Shown: positions 1 to 9,888, counted from the first letter of the stretch. The stretch is 64,000 nucleotides of DNA from Dehalococcoidia bacterium (GCA_965226825.1 CBDDED010000003.1:2566033-2630032); one strand, 5' to 3'. Translations and numbers: made by a program. The notes: generated by a model from the letters alone, not told the origin.

Positions 1-441
1 GATGTTCACGATGCGGCCCCAACCCTGTTCTTTCAAGTAGGGAATCGCCGCCCGGGCGCAGCGCAGCGCCCCCACGTATTTAACGTCGAAGTCGCTCAGT
101 AGTTCGTCGTCATTCACGGTTTCAATGGGACCCACCGCACCGGGAGATCCCCCGGGCAGGGAAGCGCTGTTCACCAGAATCTGCAGGCCCCCCAGTTGCT
201 CGGCGGCGTCCGCCACCAGACGGTCAACCTGCGCTTTTTGAGTGACGTCGACCACCATGGGGATAATCCGCTGGCCGGTTTCGTCCTCAATCTCCCTAGC
301 GGATTGTTCCAGTTGGTCCTTGGTCCGGGAGGCAATGACCACGTCGACTCCTTCAACCGCCAATACTTTGGCGATTGCCTTGCCGATGCCTCGCCCCCCT
401 CCGGCTACCAACGCTTTTTTTCCTTTCAGACCGAAGTCCAT
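1..441 (-). CDS. SDR family oxidoreductase, N-terminal part (gene runs off the left edge)
   Basis: A reverse-strand ATG at 441..439 is preceded by GGAGA. My translation, MDFGLKGKKALVAGGGRGIGKAIAKVLAVEGVDVVIASR..., carries the GxxxGxG Rossmann motif of classical short-chain dehydrogenases. The frame stays open to base 1. It is absent from the ORF track because no stop lies inside the window. Confidence 0.8.
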   Translation of the reverse strand, partial: MDFGLKGKKALVAGGGRGIGKAIAKVLAVEGVDVVIASRTKDQLEQSAREIEDETGQRIIPMVVDVTQKAQVDRLVADAAEQLGGLQILVNSASLPGGSPGAVGPIETVNDDELLSDFDVKYVGALRCARAAIPYLKEQGWGRIVNI

Positions 442-741
442 TTTGCCGTCTCCTTTAATGTTCGCTCTGCAATTCCCACGTCCAACAGGACAGTTTTGTG
501 TGTGGGTTGGTCGTGACGGCATTTTACACAAGCTGTTTTCTGCGGGCAATCATGGCAGACAGCCGGACGGCGCGGCGGGAATCGGCGGCCTTGATTCCGA
601 TGTCCATTGCCGCGTCCGCTTCACGGAAAATGCCTTGACACCCATAGGGCATTGTGATACTTTTCACTTTGCCTTGAACAGGGCCGAAATTCCACGTGAT
701 TCGTATCTTGGAATCTTGTCCGCAGAGACGCACCTTCCAGC

Positions 742-1038
742 ATGTTTGAAGATCCCAAAGCCTTAACTGCCGCCGACTGGGAAAACATCCACATTTGGTT
801 ACAGTGGCTTTGGATTTACCTTCCCCTTATCGTCACCTTCGTTTTGACCATGGTAATAGCCCACGCCATCCTTCCGTCACTTGTGTTGACAGGACACCTT
901 CCCGGAACGGTGCTGCGTCTGCGGGTCCCCATGACCGGCTTTGCCCTTGTAGTGCTGGCAGCCGCCATTGTGATCCTGATCCTCGCGATCAACCAAACGT
1001 TGACCGTCGAGAACTTCTGGGACCGGTACCTGATTTAA
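742..1038 (+). CDS. small two-TM membrane protein, unknown function
   Basis: This 98-aa ORF has two hydrophobic helices (IWLQWLWIYLPLIVTFVLTMVIAHAIL and MTGFALVVLAAAIVILILAI) and sits directly upstream of the act operon. It has no obvious SD and I do not recognise the family. Confidence 0.4.
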   Translation: MFEDPKALTAADWENIHIWLQWLWIYLPLIVTFVLTMVIAHAILPSLVLTGHLPGTVLRLRVPMTGFALVVLAAAIVILILAINQTLTVENFWDRYLI

Positions 1039-1119
1039 TTTGATGCTTGATTCCGTTGCGAGGCGCGCCGGCGCGCCCAACAAATCGGATCCCGCGAGAT
1101 TTTCGGTTTCTGACACGGC

Positions 1120-1836
1120 TTGGAGCAGTCAGGCCCGCGTGTATCTTCGGGCAAACCGGCAAGACCATCGGGTGGGTCAGGCCTGATGCCCTTTGGCCTG
1201 ACAGGAAAAGTCTTGGCGATTTCCGCCGTGGGCTTTGGCGTTACGGTCATCGTCGGATTCGTCGTGGTGGTGCTGTTGATATCCTGGTTCTCCAACCCGC
1301 CATTCGGCCTGGGAAACGCCCCACCGCAGCCGGTGGCCTTCCCCCACACAATCCATGCCGGGGCGCCGGCTGAGGGCGGCATGGGGATTCAATGCGAATT
1401 CTGCCATCGGAACGTGACCAAAGGAGAGGCGGCAACGGTGCCGGCGGTAGAGCAGTGTGTGTTCTGCCACAAAATTGCGGAGGGTCGGACCGAAACCGCA
1501 AAGGCAGAGATACTCAAGGTTACTGAGGCTTTTGCAGAAGGAATGCCGATCGATTGGGAACGGGTTCACCGGATGCCAGACCATGTGCGTTTCGTGCATG
1601 AAGCCCACATCCGGTTTTTCACCGAGCCCGCAAACGGCCAAACCCGGACCTTGATCAATGGAGAGAAGACGAACCAGGCCTTGAGCGTGTCTCAAACTTG
1701 TTCTGTCTGCCATGGCGAAGTGGATTCCATGACTGTCGTGAAACCCAAACAGGGCCAATCGCTGAAAATGGGCACGTGCCTGGACTGCCACCGTCAAAAC
1801 AATGCGCCGACCGACTGCACGGTTTGCCACAAGTAG
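1120..1836 (+). CDS. actA: Alternative Complex III pentaheme cytochrome c subunit ActA
   Basis: It has five CxxCH haem-binding motifs (CEFCH, CVFCH, CSVCH, CLDCH, CTVCH) after an N-terminal TM helix, and it is the first gene of the act-like cluster. The start is ambiguous: TTG at 1120 or ATG at 1186. Confidence 0.85.
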   Translation: MEQSGPRVSSGKPARPSGGSGLMPFGLTGKVLAISAVGFGVTVIVGFVVVVLLISWFSNPPFGLGNAPPQPVAFPHTIHAGAPAEGGMGIQCEFCHRNVTKGEAATVPAVEQCVFCHKIAEGRTETAKAEILKVTEAFAEGMPIDWERVHRMPDHVRFVHEAHIRFFTEPANGQTRTLINGEKTNQALSVSQTCSVCHGEVDSMTVVKPKQGQSLKMGTCLDCHRQNNAPTDCTVCHK

Positions 1837-1868
1837 CGAGAAGAGGAATCTTCCCTGAGAATTTATAG

Positions 1869-4184
1869 ATGAAACTGACGCGGCGAAATTTCCTTGCTTG
1901 GGCGGGCCTTTCGGCCGTAGGAGCCGTGGCCTGCGAGGGCTTCGGCATACGCGAAGGCGAGTTCAGCCTTCAAAGCCCGAATATGCTGCCGGAAGACTTG
2001 GTCCGCGGCCAGGACAACTGGTATGCCACCCTCTGCCGGACCTGCCCTTGCGCCGAAGGGGTCGTGGTCCGGGTTATGGACGGCCGCGCCAAAAAGATTC
2101 AGGGCAACCCCATGTATCCGGTGAACCATGGCAAGCAGAGCGCTCGGTGCGAAGCCGGGTTGCAGGCCGTGTATCATCCCGACCGCATTGCGGGCCCAAT
2201 GCGCCGGTCCGGAGCCCGAGGCTCCGGACACTTCACTCCGATCCCGTGGAAAGACGCACCGGGCACGACCGGGCTGGGAACCCTGCGTCAGCAGCTACAG
2301 GACAACGGCGGCGAAATGCTCATGATCACCGAGCCTCTCCGAGGGCATCTTGCCCTGGTGGCCGACCGGTTTGCGTCCGCGGTCGGAGGGCAGAGACTCG
2401 GATTTGAAACCCTGGACAACAACACCTACCTGGCCGCCGTAAACAACGTTTTCGGCCAGGAAAAGATGCCCGACTTTGATCTGGGAAACACCAACTTCCT
2501 GCTTAATTTTGGCGCCGATTTCCTGTCCACCTGGCTTTCACCCACCCGCTGGGGCCAGGCCTACGGGGAGTTCCGCCAGGGTGAAGGTCGCCAGCGCGGG
2601 ACCTTCTACCACGTGGATTCCCGTTTCTCCATGACCGGAGCCAACGCCGATCGGTGGGTCCCCGTCACGCCCGGTTGGGAGGGCCACCTGGCCCTGAGCC
2701 TGGCCTACGTGATTATGTCCGAGGGACTGGCCCACCCCAGCGCCGACATAGGAGCGCTCACCGGCGGGCAGGGGCCGTCAGCCCTGGAACGTTTCCGTCC
2801 CGAGGCAGTAGCCCAGAGAATTGGCTTAACTGAAGAGTTCGCCGGCGGCAGCCCGGAGGAATTCATCCGCAGCTTGGCGCGGAATTTCGCGAACTCCCGT
2901 CCCAGTCTCGCCATTGGCGGCGGTTCCGCGGGCGCAACCAGCAACGGCCTTTTCAACTTGGAAGCCATTTACGCGCTGAATTACCTGGTCGGCAGTGTCG
3001 GCGAAACCGGGGGCATAAAGTTCAATCCCTCCATTCCATTTGACGACGTTCCGTCAACTGCCCAGGTGGCAACCCTGGACGACTGGACCAAGGTCGCCGA
3101 GGACATCAAGAGCGGGAAAACCCGGCTCCTGTTGCTGCATAACGCCGACCCGGTGCTTGGCCTCCCCGATTCCCTGGAGATGCGGCGCACTCTGGAGGAT
3201 GCCGACAACCTGTTTATTGTCAGCTTCTCCCCATTCATCGATGAAACCAGTATCATGGCCGACCTGATTCTCCCCGACCGGGTTTACCTGGAAGACTGGG
3301 GCAACGATGTCCCGGAGCCAGGACCGGGTTACCAGGTGGTGGGCTACCAGCAGCCGGTCGTGAATCCGCTGCATGATTTGGACCCGCTTAGTTTCCCCGA
3401 CGTTCTGCTAACCATGGCTCAGGAGCTGGGCAAAGAATCGGAATTGCCCTGGTCAACGTTCCAAGGCCTGCTCCGGGAGGGCTCGGACTCACTGTTCGAG
3501 TTGAACCGAGGATCAATCCAGGCGGCCACCGCCGGGGAATTTTGGAACGAATTGCTGCGGCGCGGCGGTTGGTGGGACGATGGCATCACCGGGCCAGTGC
3601 CAACGGCTCCCGAAGGACTGTTCGCCAACATCGCGGCCAAGTCCTCAGAACCCAGCTTCGTCGGACCGGACCCTGCCTCCGATACTTTTTACCTGGTACC
3701 GTTCTCTCATAACACTCTTCTGGACGGCCGCAACGGGCACCTGCCCTGGATGCAGGCGACACCGGACCCGGTGACCAGCATAACCTGGCAGACTTGGGTG
3801 GAAATAAACGATCACAAGGCCCGGGAGTTGGGGCTGCGGGAAGGAGACTCGGTCAACATAACCTCCTACGCCGACTCCATTCGCGCCCTGGTGTATCCTA
3901 CGCCGGCAGTACCGCCGGGAATCGTGGCGATTCCACTGGGGCAAGGCCGCCGGAAGGGTTCCAGCTACGCTTCGGACCGGTTGGGAACCGAAAGCTCCAA
4001 CGTGGTGGATATCCTCGAGCCCATGAAGGTCGCGGACACTGGATCCCTGGCATGGGCCGGCACTCGGGTTCGAATTAGCTCCACCGGAGCCAGCATGAAC
4101 GTATCCAAGATGGAAGGCATGGTGACCCCGGTGGAAATAGGCACCACCGAGGGTGAACGAATTATCCAAACCGTTCCCGGATAA
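1869..4184 (+). CDS. actB: ACIII molybdopterin-oxidoreductase-like subunit ActB1 (Tat-exported)
   Basis: This 771-aa protein has a twin-arginine signal (MKLTRRNFLAWAGLSAVGAVA) and a MopB-family body. It lies between the multihaem cytochrome and the FeS protein, as in act operons. Confidence 0.85.
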   Translation: MKLTRRNFLAWAGLSAVGAVACEGFGIREGEFSLQSPNMLPEDLVRGQDNWYATLCRTCPCAEGVVVRVMDGRAKKIQGNPMYPVNHGKQSARCEAGLQAVYHPDRIAGPMRRSGARGSGHFTPIPWKDAPGTTGLGTLRQQLQDNGGEMLMITEPLRGHLALVADRFASAVGGQRLGFETLDNNTYLAAVNNVFGQEKMPDFDLGNTNFLLNFGADFLSTWLSPTRWGQAYGEFRQGEGRQRGTFYHVDSRFSMTGANADRWVPVTPGWEGHLALSLAYVIMSEGLAHPSADIGALTGGQGPSALERFRPEAVAQRIGLTEEFAGGSPEEFIRSLARNFANSRPSLAIGGGSAGATSNGLFNLEAIYALNYLVGSVGETGGIKFNPSIPFDDVPSTAQVATLDDWTKVAEDIKSGKTRLLLLHNADPVLGLPDSLEMRRTLEDADNLFIVSFSPFIDETSIMADLILPDRVYLEDWGNDVPEPGPGYQVVGYQQPVVNPLHDLDPLSFPDVLLTMAQELGKESELPWSTFQGLLREGSDSLFELNRGSIQAATAGEFWNELLRRGGWWDDGITGPVPTAPEGLFANIAAKSSEPSFVGPDPASDTFYLVPFSHNTLLDGRNGHLPWMQATPDPVTSITWQTWVEINDHKARELGLREGDSVNITSYADSIRALVYPTPAVPPGIVAIPLGQGRRKGSSYASDRLGTESSNVVDILEPMKVADTGSLAWAGTRVRISSTGASMNVSKMEGMVTPVEIGTTEGERIIQTVPG

Positions 4185-4283
4185 GGGTAAATTACCGGGG
4201 GAATAGTGTTTGCAGTTCCCCCTGGTTGGTGAAACCATACCTGGGAGTCTGCCGGAAGCCGGGAAAGCAATCTGGATGAAAAA

Positions 4284-5084
4284 ATGGTAACTAACCGAAT
4301 AGCACACAAATGGGGCATGGTGGTGGACTTGGACCGCTGCACGGGCTGTCAGGCCTGCGTTGTAGCGTGCCAGTCTGAAAACAACCTTCCCATCAACACC
4401 AAGGATTATTTCCAGCAGCGGCGGGCGTACGAGTGGATCCGCATCGAGCGTTATTGGGAGGGGGAATACCCCAACGTCAAGGCTCGGTTTATTCCCATCA
4501 TGTGCCAGCATTGTGAGAACGCCCCTTGCGAACCGGTGTGTCCGGTATATGCCACCTACCACAACGACCAGGGCATGAACGTGCAGGTCTATAACCGGTG
4601 CATCGGCACCAGGTACTGCGCCAACAACTGCCCCTACCAGGTCAGATTTTTCAATTGGTGGGAGCCGGTGTGGCCCGAGCGCCTTCGCAACCACCTGAAC
4701 TCAGACGTCACCATTCGCAGCCGCGGGATCATGGAGCGATGCTCGTTCTGCATCCAGCGGATCCGACGAGCCGAACTAAAGGTCGAACGACAGGAAAGGC
4801 GCGAACTGGACCACGCTACAATGAAGGAACGCAACCTGCTTCCAGCTTGCGTCCACGCCTGCCCAACCAACGCCTTGAAGTTCGGCGACCAGGGTGACGA
4901 AAGCGGGCCGGTGCAGAAATTCTTCTCGGCCTTGAATGACGACTCCCACAATGGAGAGGCAAGCAGCCAGGATGCAGAGACCAAACGGGGCTACCGGCTG
5001 CTGGAAGAAATGGGCACCAAACCCAACGTAATATTCCTGAAGAAAGTCGATAAATATCCACTGAAGAACGGGTTCCATGGCTGA
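4284..5084 (+). CDS. actB: ACIII 4Fe-4S ferredoxin-type subunit ActB2
   Basis: It has multiple Cys clusters typical of four-cluster FeS subunits (CTGCQACVVAC, CQHCENAPCEPVCP, CIGTRYCANNCP, CSFC...C). It is a separate ORF from the MopB-like module. Confidence 0.85.
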   Translation: MVTNRIAHKWGMVVDLDRCTGCQACVVACQSENNLPINTKDYFQQRRAYEWIRIERYWEGEYPNVKARFIPIMCQHCENAPCEPVCPVYATYHNDQGMNVQVYNRCIGTRYCANNCPYQVRFFNWWEPVWPERLRNHLNSDVTIRSRGIMERCSFCIQRIRRAELKVERQERRELDHATMKERNLLPACVHACPTNALKFGDQGDESGPVQKFFSALNDDSHNGEASSQDAETKRGYRLLEEMGTKPNVIFLKKVDKYPLKNGFHG

Positions 5085-6483
5085 GAACGGGCACCATCAC
5101 GCCGGAATGTGGGTCTTCCCCAACGCGGCCGAAATCACGGGCGACATGGCCGAGAGAACCAGGACAATCCCTGGGCCTTTCAAGTGGGCTCTCGCCGTGG
5201 CAGGGCTGTTTTTTGTCTTGGGTGTTGTCGGGTTTGTCGCCCGGGCCATGTCCGACGGCTTCGGCGATTACACGGTTTGGGGATACTACGCGACCAGCTT
5301 TTTCTTCGTGTTCATGGTCACCAGCGCGGCGCCCCTGGCCGCGGTGACTTTCCGGTTTACCAAGAGCCACTGGCGCCGGCCTCTGACCCGCGTCTCAGAG
5401 CTTTTCGCGGTGGTAGGCGTAATAAACACCATCTTGTTCATCCCTTTGTTGTTGGTGATGCCGCCCATCAACAACACGGTGGGAGGCGAGCACACCCTGG
5501 AGATTCGCCGCACAATCTGGTTCGAAGTGCCCATCGGCGCCCCCCTCTGGTGGGACATGCTGGGGGTGGCTTTCCTGGGCGTCACCAGCCTGGCGATACT
5601 TTGGTTGACTTCGATGCCGGACCTGGCCGAATCCCGGTCCACCAGCACCGGGTTCCGCCGGACTATCAGCAATTTGCTGGCCGGGCACTGGTACGGCAGC
5701 AAGCGCCAGTGGGAGGTCCAAAAGGCGGGCATCGCCATCCTGGGCGCGTTCTACTTCATGTTCCTGATCTACGTCCACTTCATTCTTACCACCGATTACG
5801 CCCAGAGCCTGGTTCCGGGTTGGAAAGACTCCATCTTCCCACCGCTGTACAGCCTGACCAGCTTCCAGGCATCCTTGGGCCTCATCCTGGTGGTTCTGTA
5901 TGTCATGAGGCGTTGGTGCGGCTACGAAAACTACATCGGGATATCCACCTTCTGGTCGGCCAGCAAGTTGATGTTGGCGTTCACTTTGCTGTGGGCCTAC
6001 CACACGTTCGCTTTCTTCATCACATATTGGTTCGGCCGGCTGGAAGTTGAACAAAACATCATCAAGTATTTCTTCGTCCAGTCGTATGGAGCGGTCTTCG
6101 TCGCCAACTTTGTCTTTACGTTCGCGGTCCCATTCCTGATTCTGCTCTGGAATCCCGTACGAAAAACGGCCTGGGGCCCAACCTTGGCCGGAATCTCGGC
6201 TCTGGTCGGGGCGTTCCTGTTCAATCTCAGGATTTTTGTGGGGTCGTTTAACGCGGGCGACATTTACGGAATAGGATTGGACCACGTGCCTCCGCCGGTG
6301 TATCCCGATCTCTGGGACATTCTGATGCTCCTTGGAGGCATCGGGGCAGCCGCGCTGGTCTACCTGGCCGCCACCAAGGTCATCCCCATACTCTCGGTCT
6401 GGGAAGTCAAAGAGGGGACCATGTACCAGAGCTTGGGAACCTTCGTGCGCGGAGAGTACCTGGTCTTGGCCAAGCCCGAATGA
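5077..6483 (+). CDS. actF: NrfD/PsrC-type polytopic membrane subunit (ActF-like paralogue)
   Basis: This 468-aa highly hydrophobic protein is a paralogue of the next gene. Its ATG overlaps the ActB2 stop by 8 nt, which suggests translational coupling. The ActF versus ActC assignment is tentative. Confidence 0.7.
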   Translation: MAENGHHHAGMWVFPNAAEITGDMAERTRTIPGPFKWALAVAGLFFVLGVVGFVARAMSDGFGDYTVWGYYATSFFFVFMVTSAAPLAAVTFRFTKSHWRRPLTRVSELFAVVGVINTILFIPLLLVMPPINNTVGGEHTLEIRRTIWFEVPIGAPLWWDMLGVAFLGVTSLAILWLTSMPDLAESRSTSTGFRRTISNLLAGHWYGSKRQWEVQKAGIAILGAFYFMFLIYVHFILTTDYAQSLVPGWKDSIFPPLYSLTSFQASLGLILVVLYVMRRWCGYENYIGISTFWSASKLMLAFTLLWAYHTFAFFITYWFGRLEVEQNIIKYFFVQSYGAVFVANFVFTFAVPFLILLWNPVRKTAWGPTLAGISALVGAFLFNLRIFVGSFNAGDIYGIGLDHVPPPVYPDLWDILMLLGGIGAAALVYLAATKVIPILSVWEVKEGTMYQSLGTFVRGEYLVLAKPE

Positions 6484-6583
6484 TGACCGCTATGACGATT
6501 GAAAGGGGTTCAGCAATTCCGCAGACCCAGCCGGGCTCGGCTCGGAAACCGGCGGGATGCTGGACGGGTAGTCAGGAGCTTTA

Positions 6584-7975
6584 ATGCAAGAAGGGAGAGC
6601 GCTCTCGCCAACCCAGGTGAACCGTGACCTGCTCCGGTCGATACTGGAATCGCCGAAGTGGTTCTGGGTCTCCGTAGGCTTGCTGGCCATTGTGGTCCTG
6701 GCCGCGTTTAGCGCCGCCGGACTGCTGGTTAACAAGGGCATGGGCGTGACCGGCATGAACCGGCCGGTGATGTGGGGCTTTTTCATCACCAACTTTGTGT
6801 TCTGGATCGGCATCAGCCACGCCGGAGTGATGCTTTCGGCCATCCTCAGGCTTTCCAAGGCCGAATGGCGCCGGCCCGCAACCCGAGCGGCCGAGGTTTT
6901 GACCGTTTTCTCGTTGATGACCGCCATGCTCATGCCGGTGGTCCATACCGGAAGGCCGTGGCGGACCGTTTACTGGATTTACACGCTGCCTTTCGTGCCC
7001 TTCGACTACGCCAGGGGAATCTGGCCCAACATTCGCTCGCCCCTGGTGTGGGACCCCAGCGCGGTCTACACTTACCTGACCTCCAGCGTCCTGTTCGTAA
7101 TGGTGGCATTGATCCCAGACTTTGCGGTGTTGCGGGACCGCACCACCGGAATGAGCCACCAGATTTACTCCGTGCTTGCGATGGGTTGGCGCGGCAACGC
7201 CCGTCAATGGAAGTTCCAGATAATTGCCGGAGTGTTGCTGTCGGCGCTGATCTTGCCGGTTTTCGTCTCGGTCCACAGCATAGTGTCCTGGGACTTCGGG
7301 ATGGCGGTTTCGGTAAAAACCTGGCACTCGACCATTTTCGCCCCCTACTTCGTGGTCGGCGCGGTGCACTCGGGCGTGTCCGCCGTGGCGTTCGTGATGA
7401 TCATCCTGCGGTACATCTATAGCTGGCAGGACTACATTCGCCACGAACACATCGACGCCCTGGGGCGGCTATTGATGGTGGTGGCTACCGCCTGGTTCTA
7501 CTTCTTCGTGATGGAGATCGTATTCGGGTTCTACGGCCGGGAAGCCGACGAGATCGCCGTCCGGGATTTACAGTTCACCCAATACCCGTACAACATATTG
7601 ATGATGATCTTTGCGGGAGTAACGTACTTCCTCCCCATGGCCCTGTGGTTGAACCGGGCCACCCGGCGAAACCTATGGCTGATGTCCACCGCCTGCATCT
7701 CGGTGAACATAGGCATGTGGCTGGAGAGATACCTGATCATCGTGCCAGGGCTGGCCAACAAAGGGGTTTTCACCTTTACCTGGGCATCCTACACGCCAAG
7801 CTGGGTGGAAGTGACGATCATAACCGGCACCTTTGGAATGGTTTCGATGTTGATGCTGCTGTTCAGCCGGGTGCTGCCCCTGATACCCCTTTATGATATC
7901 AAAGAGGGTGAAGTTCTGAAGACGGAAGTTCAGATAGGACGCCGGACGGTGCCGGCCACTTTCAGGGAGGACTAA
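6584..7975 (+). CDS. actC: NrfD-type quinol-interacting membrane subunit ActC
   Basis: This 463-aa polytopic membrane protein has an N-terminal region (GMNRPVMWGFFITNFVFWIGISHAGVMLSAILRLSKAEWRRP) that matches my recollection of the ActC/NrfD signature. An SD (CAGGAG) lies upstream. Confidence 0.8.
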   Translation: MQEGRALSPTQVNRDLLRSILESPKWFWVSVGLLAIVVLAAFSAAGLLVNKGMGVTGMNRPVMWGFFITNFVFWIGISHAGVMLSAILRLSKAEWRRPATRAAEVLTVFSLMTAMLMPVVHTGRPWRTVYWIYTLPFVPFDYARGIWPNIRSPLVWDPSAVYTYLTSSVLFVMVALIPDFAVLRDRTTGMSHQIYSVLAMGWRGNARQWKFQIIAGVLLSALILPVFVSVHSIVSWDFGMAVSVKTWHSTIFAPYFVVGAVHSGVSAVAFVMIILRYIYSWQDYIRHEHIDALGRLLMVVATAWFYFFVMEIVFGFYGREADEIAVRDLQFTQYPYNILMMIFAGVTYFLPMALWLNRATRRNLWLMSTACISVNIGMWLERYLIIVPGLANKGVFTFTWASYTPSWVEVTIITGTFGMVSMLMLLFSRVLPLIPLYDIKEGEVLKTEVQIGRRTVPATFRED

Positions 7976-8049
7976 CGCCTCAAGCCGAGCGAGCTGATCC
8001 CCTATCGATTTTGTGGGACCAGGGCCGGTGAAATGCGGGGTAATTCAAA

Positions 8050-8568
8050 ATGGCGATAAGACCGATTTTAGGACTTTACGAGACCGCCGACAGCGCCGCC
8101 GATGCGGGCGATGCCCTCAAGGCGGCAAACGTCGACCCCAGGAGTTTCGATTTCCTTACCGATGCCCCGTATCCGGAAGGAGCGTTCGGAGAAAGGCCGG
8201 AGCCCCACCGGCTCTACATTTTCCCTCTCCTCGGCGCAATAGTGGGGTTGACCATCGGAATTATGCTCACGTCCATGACCCAGATGGCCTTCCCCCTGGT
8301 GCAGGGCGGTAAACCCATCTTGTCCCTTCCGCCAATGGCGGTGATAACCTACGAAAGCACCATGCTATCGGCCATTATTTTCACCATTATCGGCGTTGTT
8401 TTTGAATCCAGGCTACCCAGGGTCAAAGTTGGCCTGTACGACACCCGGATTACCGAGGGGTACATAGGAGTGCTGGTTAACGTGGAAGAAGACCAGTTGT
8501 CCAACGTCTCTAACGTCCTGTCCGGCGCTGGCGCCGTAGACATCATCCAGGATAATTCAAGGTCTTAA
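8050..8568 (+). CDS. actD: ACIII membrane subunit ActD (DUF3341-like)
   Basis: This 172-aa protein has a soluble N-terminal domain followed by two TM helices. Its position after the NrfD subunits and before the monohaem cytochrome matches actD. Confidence 0.7.
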   Translation: MAIRPILGLYETADSAADAGDALKAANVDPRSFDFLTDAPYPEGAFGERPEPHRLYIFPLLGAIVGLTIGIMLTSMTQMAFPLVQGGKPILSLPPMAVITYESTMLSAIIFTIIGVVFESRLPRVKVGLYDTRITEGYIGVLVNVEEDQLSNVSNVLSGAGAVDIIQDNSRS

Positions 8569-8573
8569 CCAGC

Positions 8574-9104
8574 GTGAGACACGACAAGACCCGACAAAGA
8601 GCAGGGGACGCTACGCCGGCCTTCCGGTTAAGGATCTGGATGCTGGGGTTGGCTTTGGTTGCCGTTCTGGCGGCGACGGCCTGCGGGCAGGGCGCCTACC
8701 CGTTGGACATCTTCTATGAGATGCACTATCAACAGACCTACAAGTCCCAAGAGCCGCCCCGCATGTCGGGCGTGGAAGGGGCGGTCGCCTGGTACCCGGC
8801 GCAAGGGGCCACGACGTCCTTCGGCGCCGACGGCGAGTACCTGTTCAACGTGAACTGCTCGATGTGTCACGGCGCCCAGGCGAAGGGCGATGGGCCGGTG
8901 CTGCGGATGCTCATTGACGAATATGGGTACGCCCCGCTGGTTACCCCGGACTTGACGTCGGAATTGGTGGTCACCATGGGACGCGGGGGAATGGAAGGGA
9001 TGATGACCAGCGGCCTCGGCGTCATGCCAAGCTTCGCCAAGCTGTTAACCCCCGCTGAACGTTCGGCCATTTCCCAATACATCGAAGAAGAACTTCAACA
9101 GTAG
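8574..9104 (+). CDS. actE: ACIII monohaem cytochrome c subunit ActE (lipoprotein-type signal)
   Basis: It has a single CSMCH haem motif and a lipobox-like signal (LVAVLAATAC). The start is GTG at 8574, with ATG at 8640 as an alternative. Confidence 0.8.
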   Translation: MRHDKTRQRAGDATPAFRLRIWMLGLALVAVLAATACGQGAYPLDIFYEMHYQQTYKSQEPPRMSGVEGAVAWYPAQGATTSFGADGEYLFNVNCSMCHGAQAKGDGPVLRMLIDEYGYAPLVTPDLTSELVVTMGRGGMEGMMTSGLGVMPSFAKLLTPAERSAISQYIEEELQQ

Positions 9105-9228
9105 GCCGACTCAACCGCCAACCCCGGCAACCATTTCCGCGGGCCCATTGCCCGCAGCCCACTCCAGACCGGTACAATACTCTCCACGGCAATGTTGAAA
9201 TCACTCTTTCCCCCTGGGGTAGGTTGCG

Positions 9229-9888
9229 GTGCGTTTCGGTGTCCACAGCACGTTGCCCAACAACCGGCAACTTGAAGTGCCGTTCTCCAGTTGGTTGCCA
9301 TTGATCGCCGCCGCCGCCTCGCTGCTGATTCTCGGGTGGGTCTCCATCATTGCTTCGCCGGTCCAAGCTCAAGAATCAACTCCGCCCTCGCCTCAAGACT
9401 CCGTGCCCGTTCCCTACGACGAGAAAGAGGCCCAGGCGATTGACGGTATGCTGATGTGTCCGGTGTGCCCGGCCGAGACCATAGACCAAGCCCAGGTGCC
9501 CCTGGCGCGGCAAATGCGCCAACTGGTCCGCGACAAGCTGTCCCAGGGAGAGAGCCGGGAGGAAATCCTGGAATACTTCGCCGGCGTTTACGGCAGGGAC
9601 ATACTGGCTGCCCCGGAAAAGTCCGGCGTTGGCCTGGTAGCTTGGACCACTCCCATAATCGGGGTTCTGGCCGCCTTGGCCGCGGGAGTTTTCGTGCTGC
9701 GGTCCATGGCGAAGCGGCCGGTCTCTCAGGATGTTGGGGCCGTTGCCGGGGCTGCACCATCGGCGTCCGCTCCCGACGCAGACCCATACGGCGCGGACCC
9801 ATACCTGGAAGCCGTCGATAGGGAATTGGGCCTGGGTGATTCCGAATCGTTAACCCCGGACCCGGAGCGGGAGGCCCCGAATGGCTGA
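9229..9888 (+). CDS. ccmH: cytochrome c-type biogenesis protein CcmH
   Basis: It has the CcmH CxxC motif in context (LMCPVCPAETIDQAQVPLARQMRQLV) followed by a TM helix, plus an unusually long acidic C-terminal tail. The start is GTG. Confidence 0.8.
   Translation: MRFGVHSTLPNNRQLEVPFSSWLPLIAAAASLLILGWVSIIASPVQAQESTPPSPQDSVPVPYDEKEAQAIDGMLMCPVCPAETIDQAQVPLARQMRQLVRDKLSQGESREEILEYFAGVYGRDILAAPEKSGVGLVAWTTPIIGVLAALAAGVFVLRSMAKRPVSQDVGAVAGAAPSASAPDADPYGADPYLEAVDRELGLGDSESLTPDPEREAPNG

Noticed and set aside
524-733. 69-aa minus-strand ORF between the partial SDR and the small membrane-protein gene
   Set aside because: It has a GTG start without an SD, no recognisable motif and borderline composition.
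3645-4694. Long antisense or alternative-frame ORFs inside real genes, for example 3645..4694(-), 5109..6050(+), 5395..6285(-), 6581..7450(-), 21535..22551(-), 23506..24657(+), 25559..26776(-), 33733..35124(+), 41164..42105(+), 53885..54949(+) and 57319..58299(-)
   Set aside because: They are Arg/Pro/Gly-rich shadow ORFs typical of high-GC DNA. Each overlaps a gene with a clear family signature on the other frame or strand.
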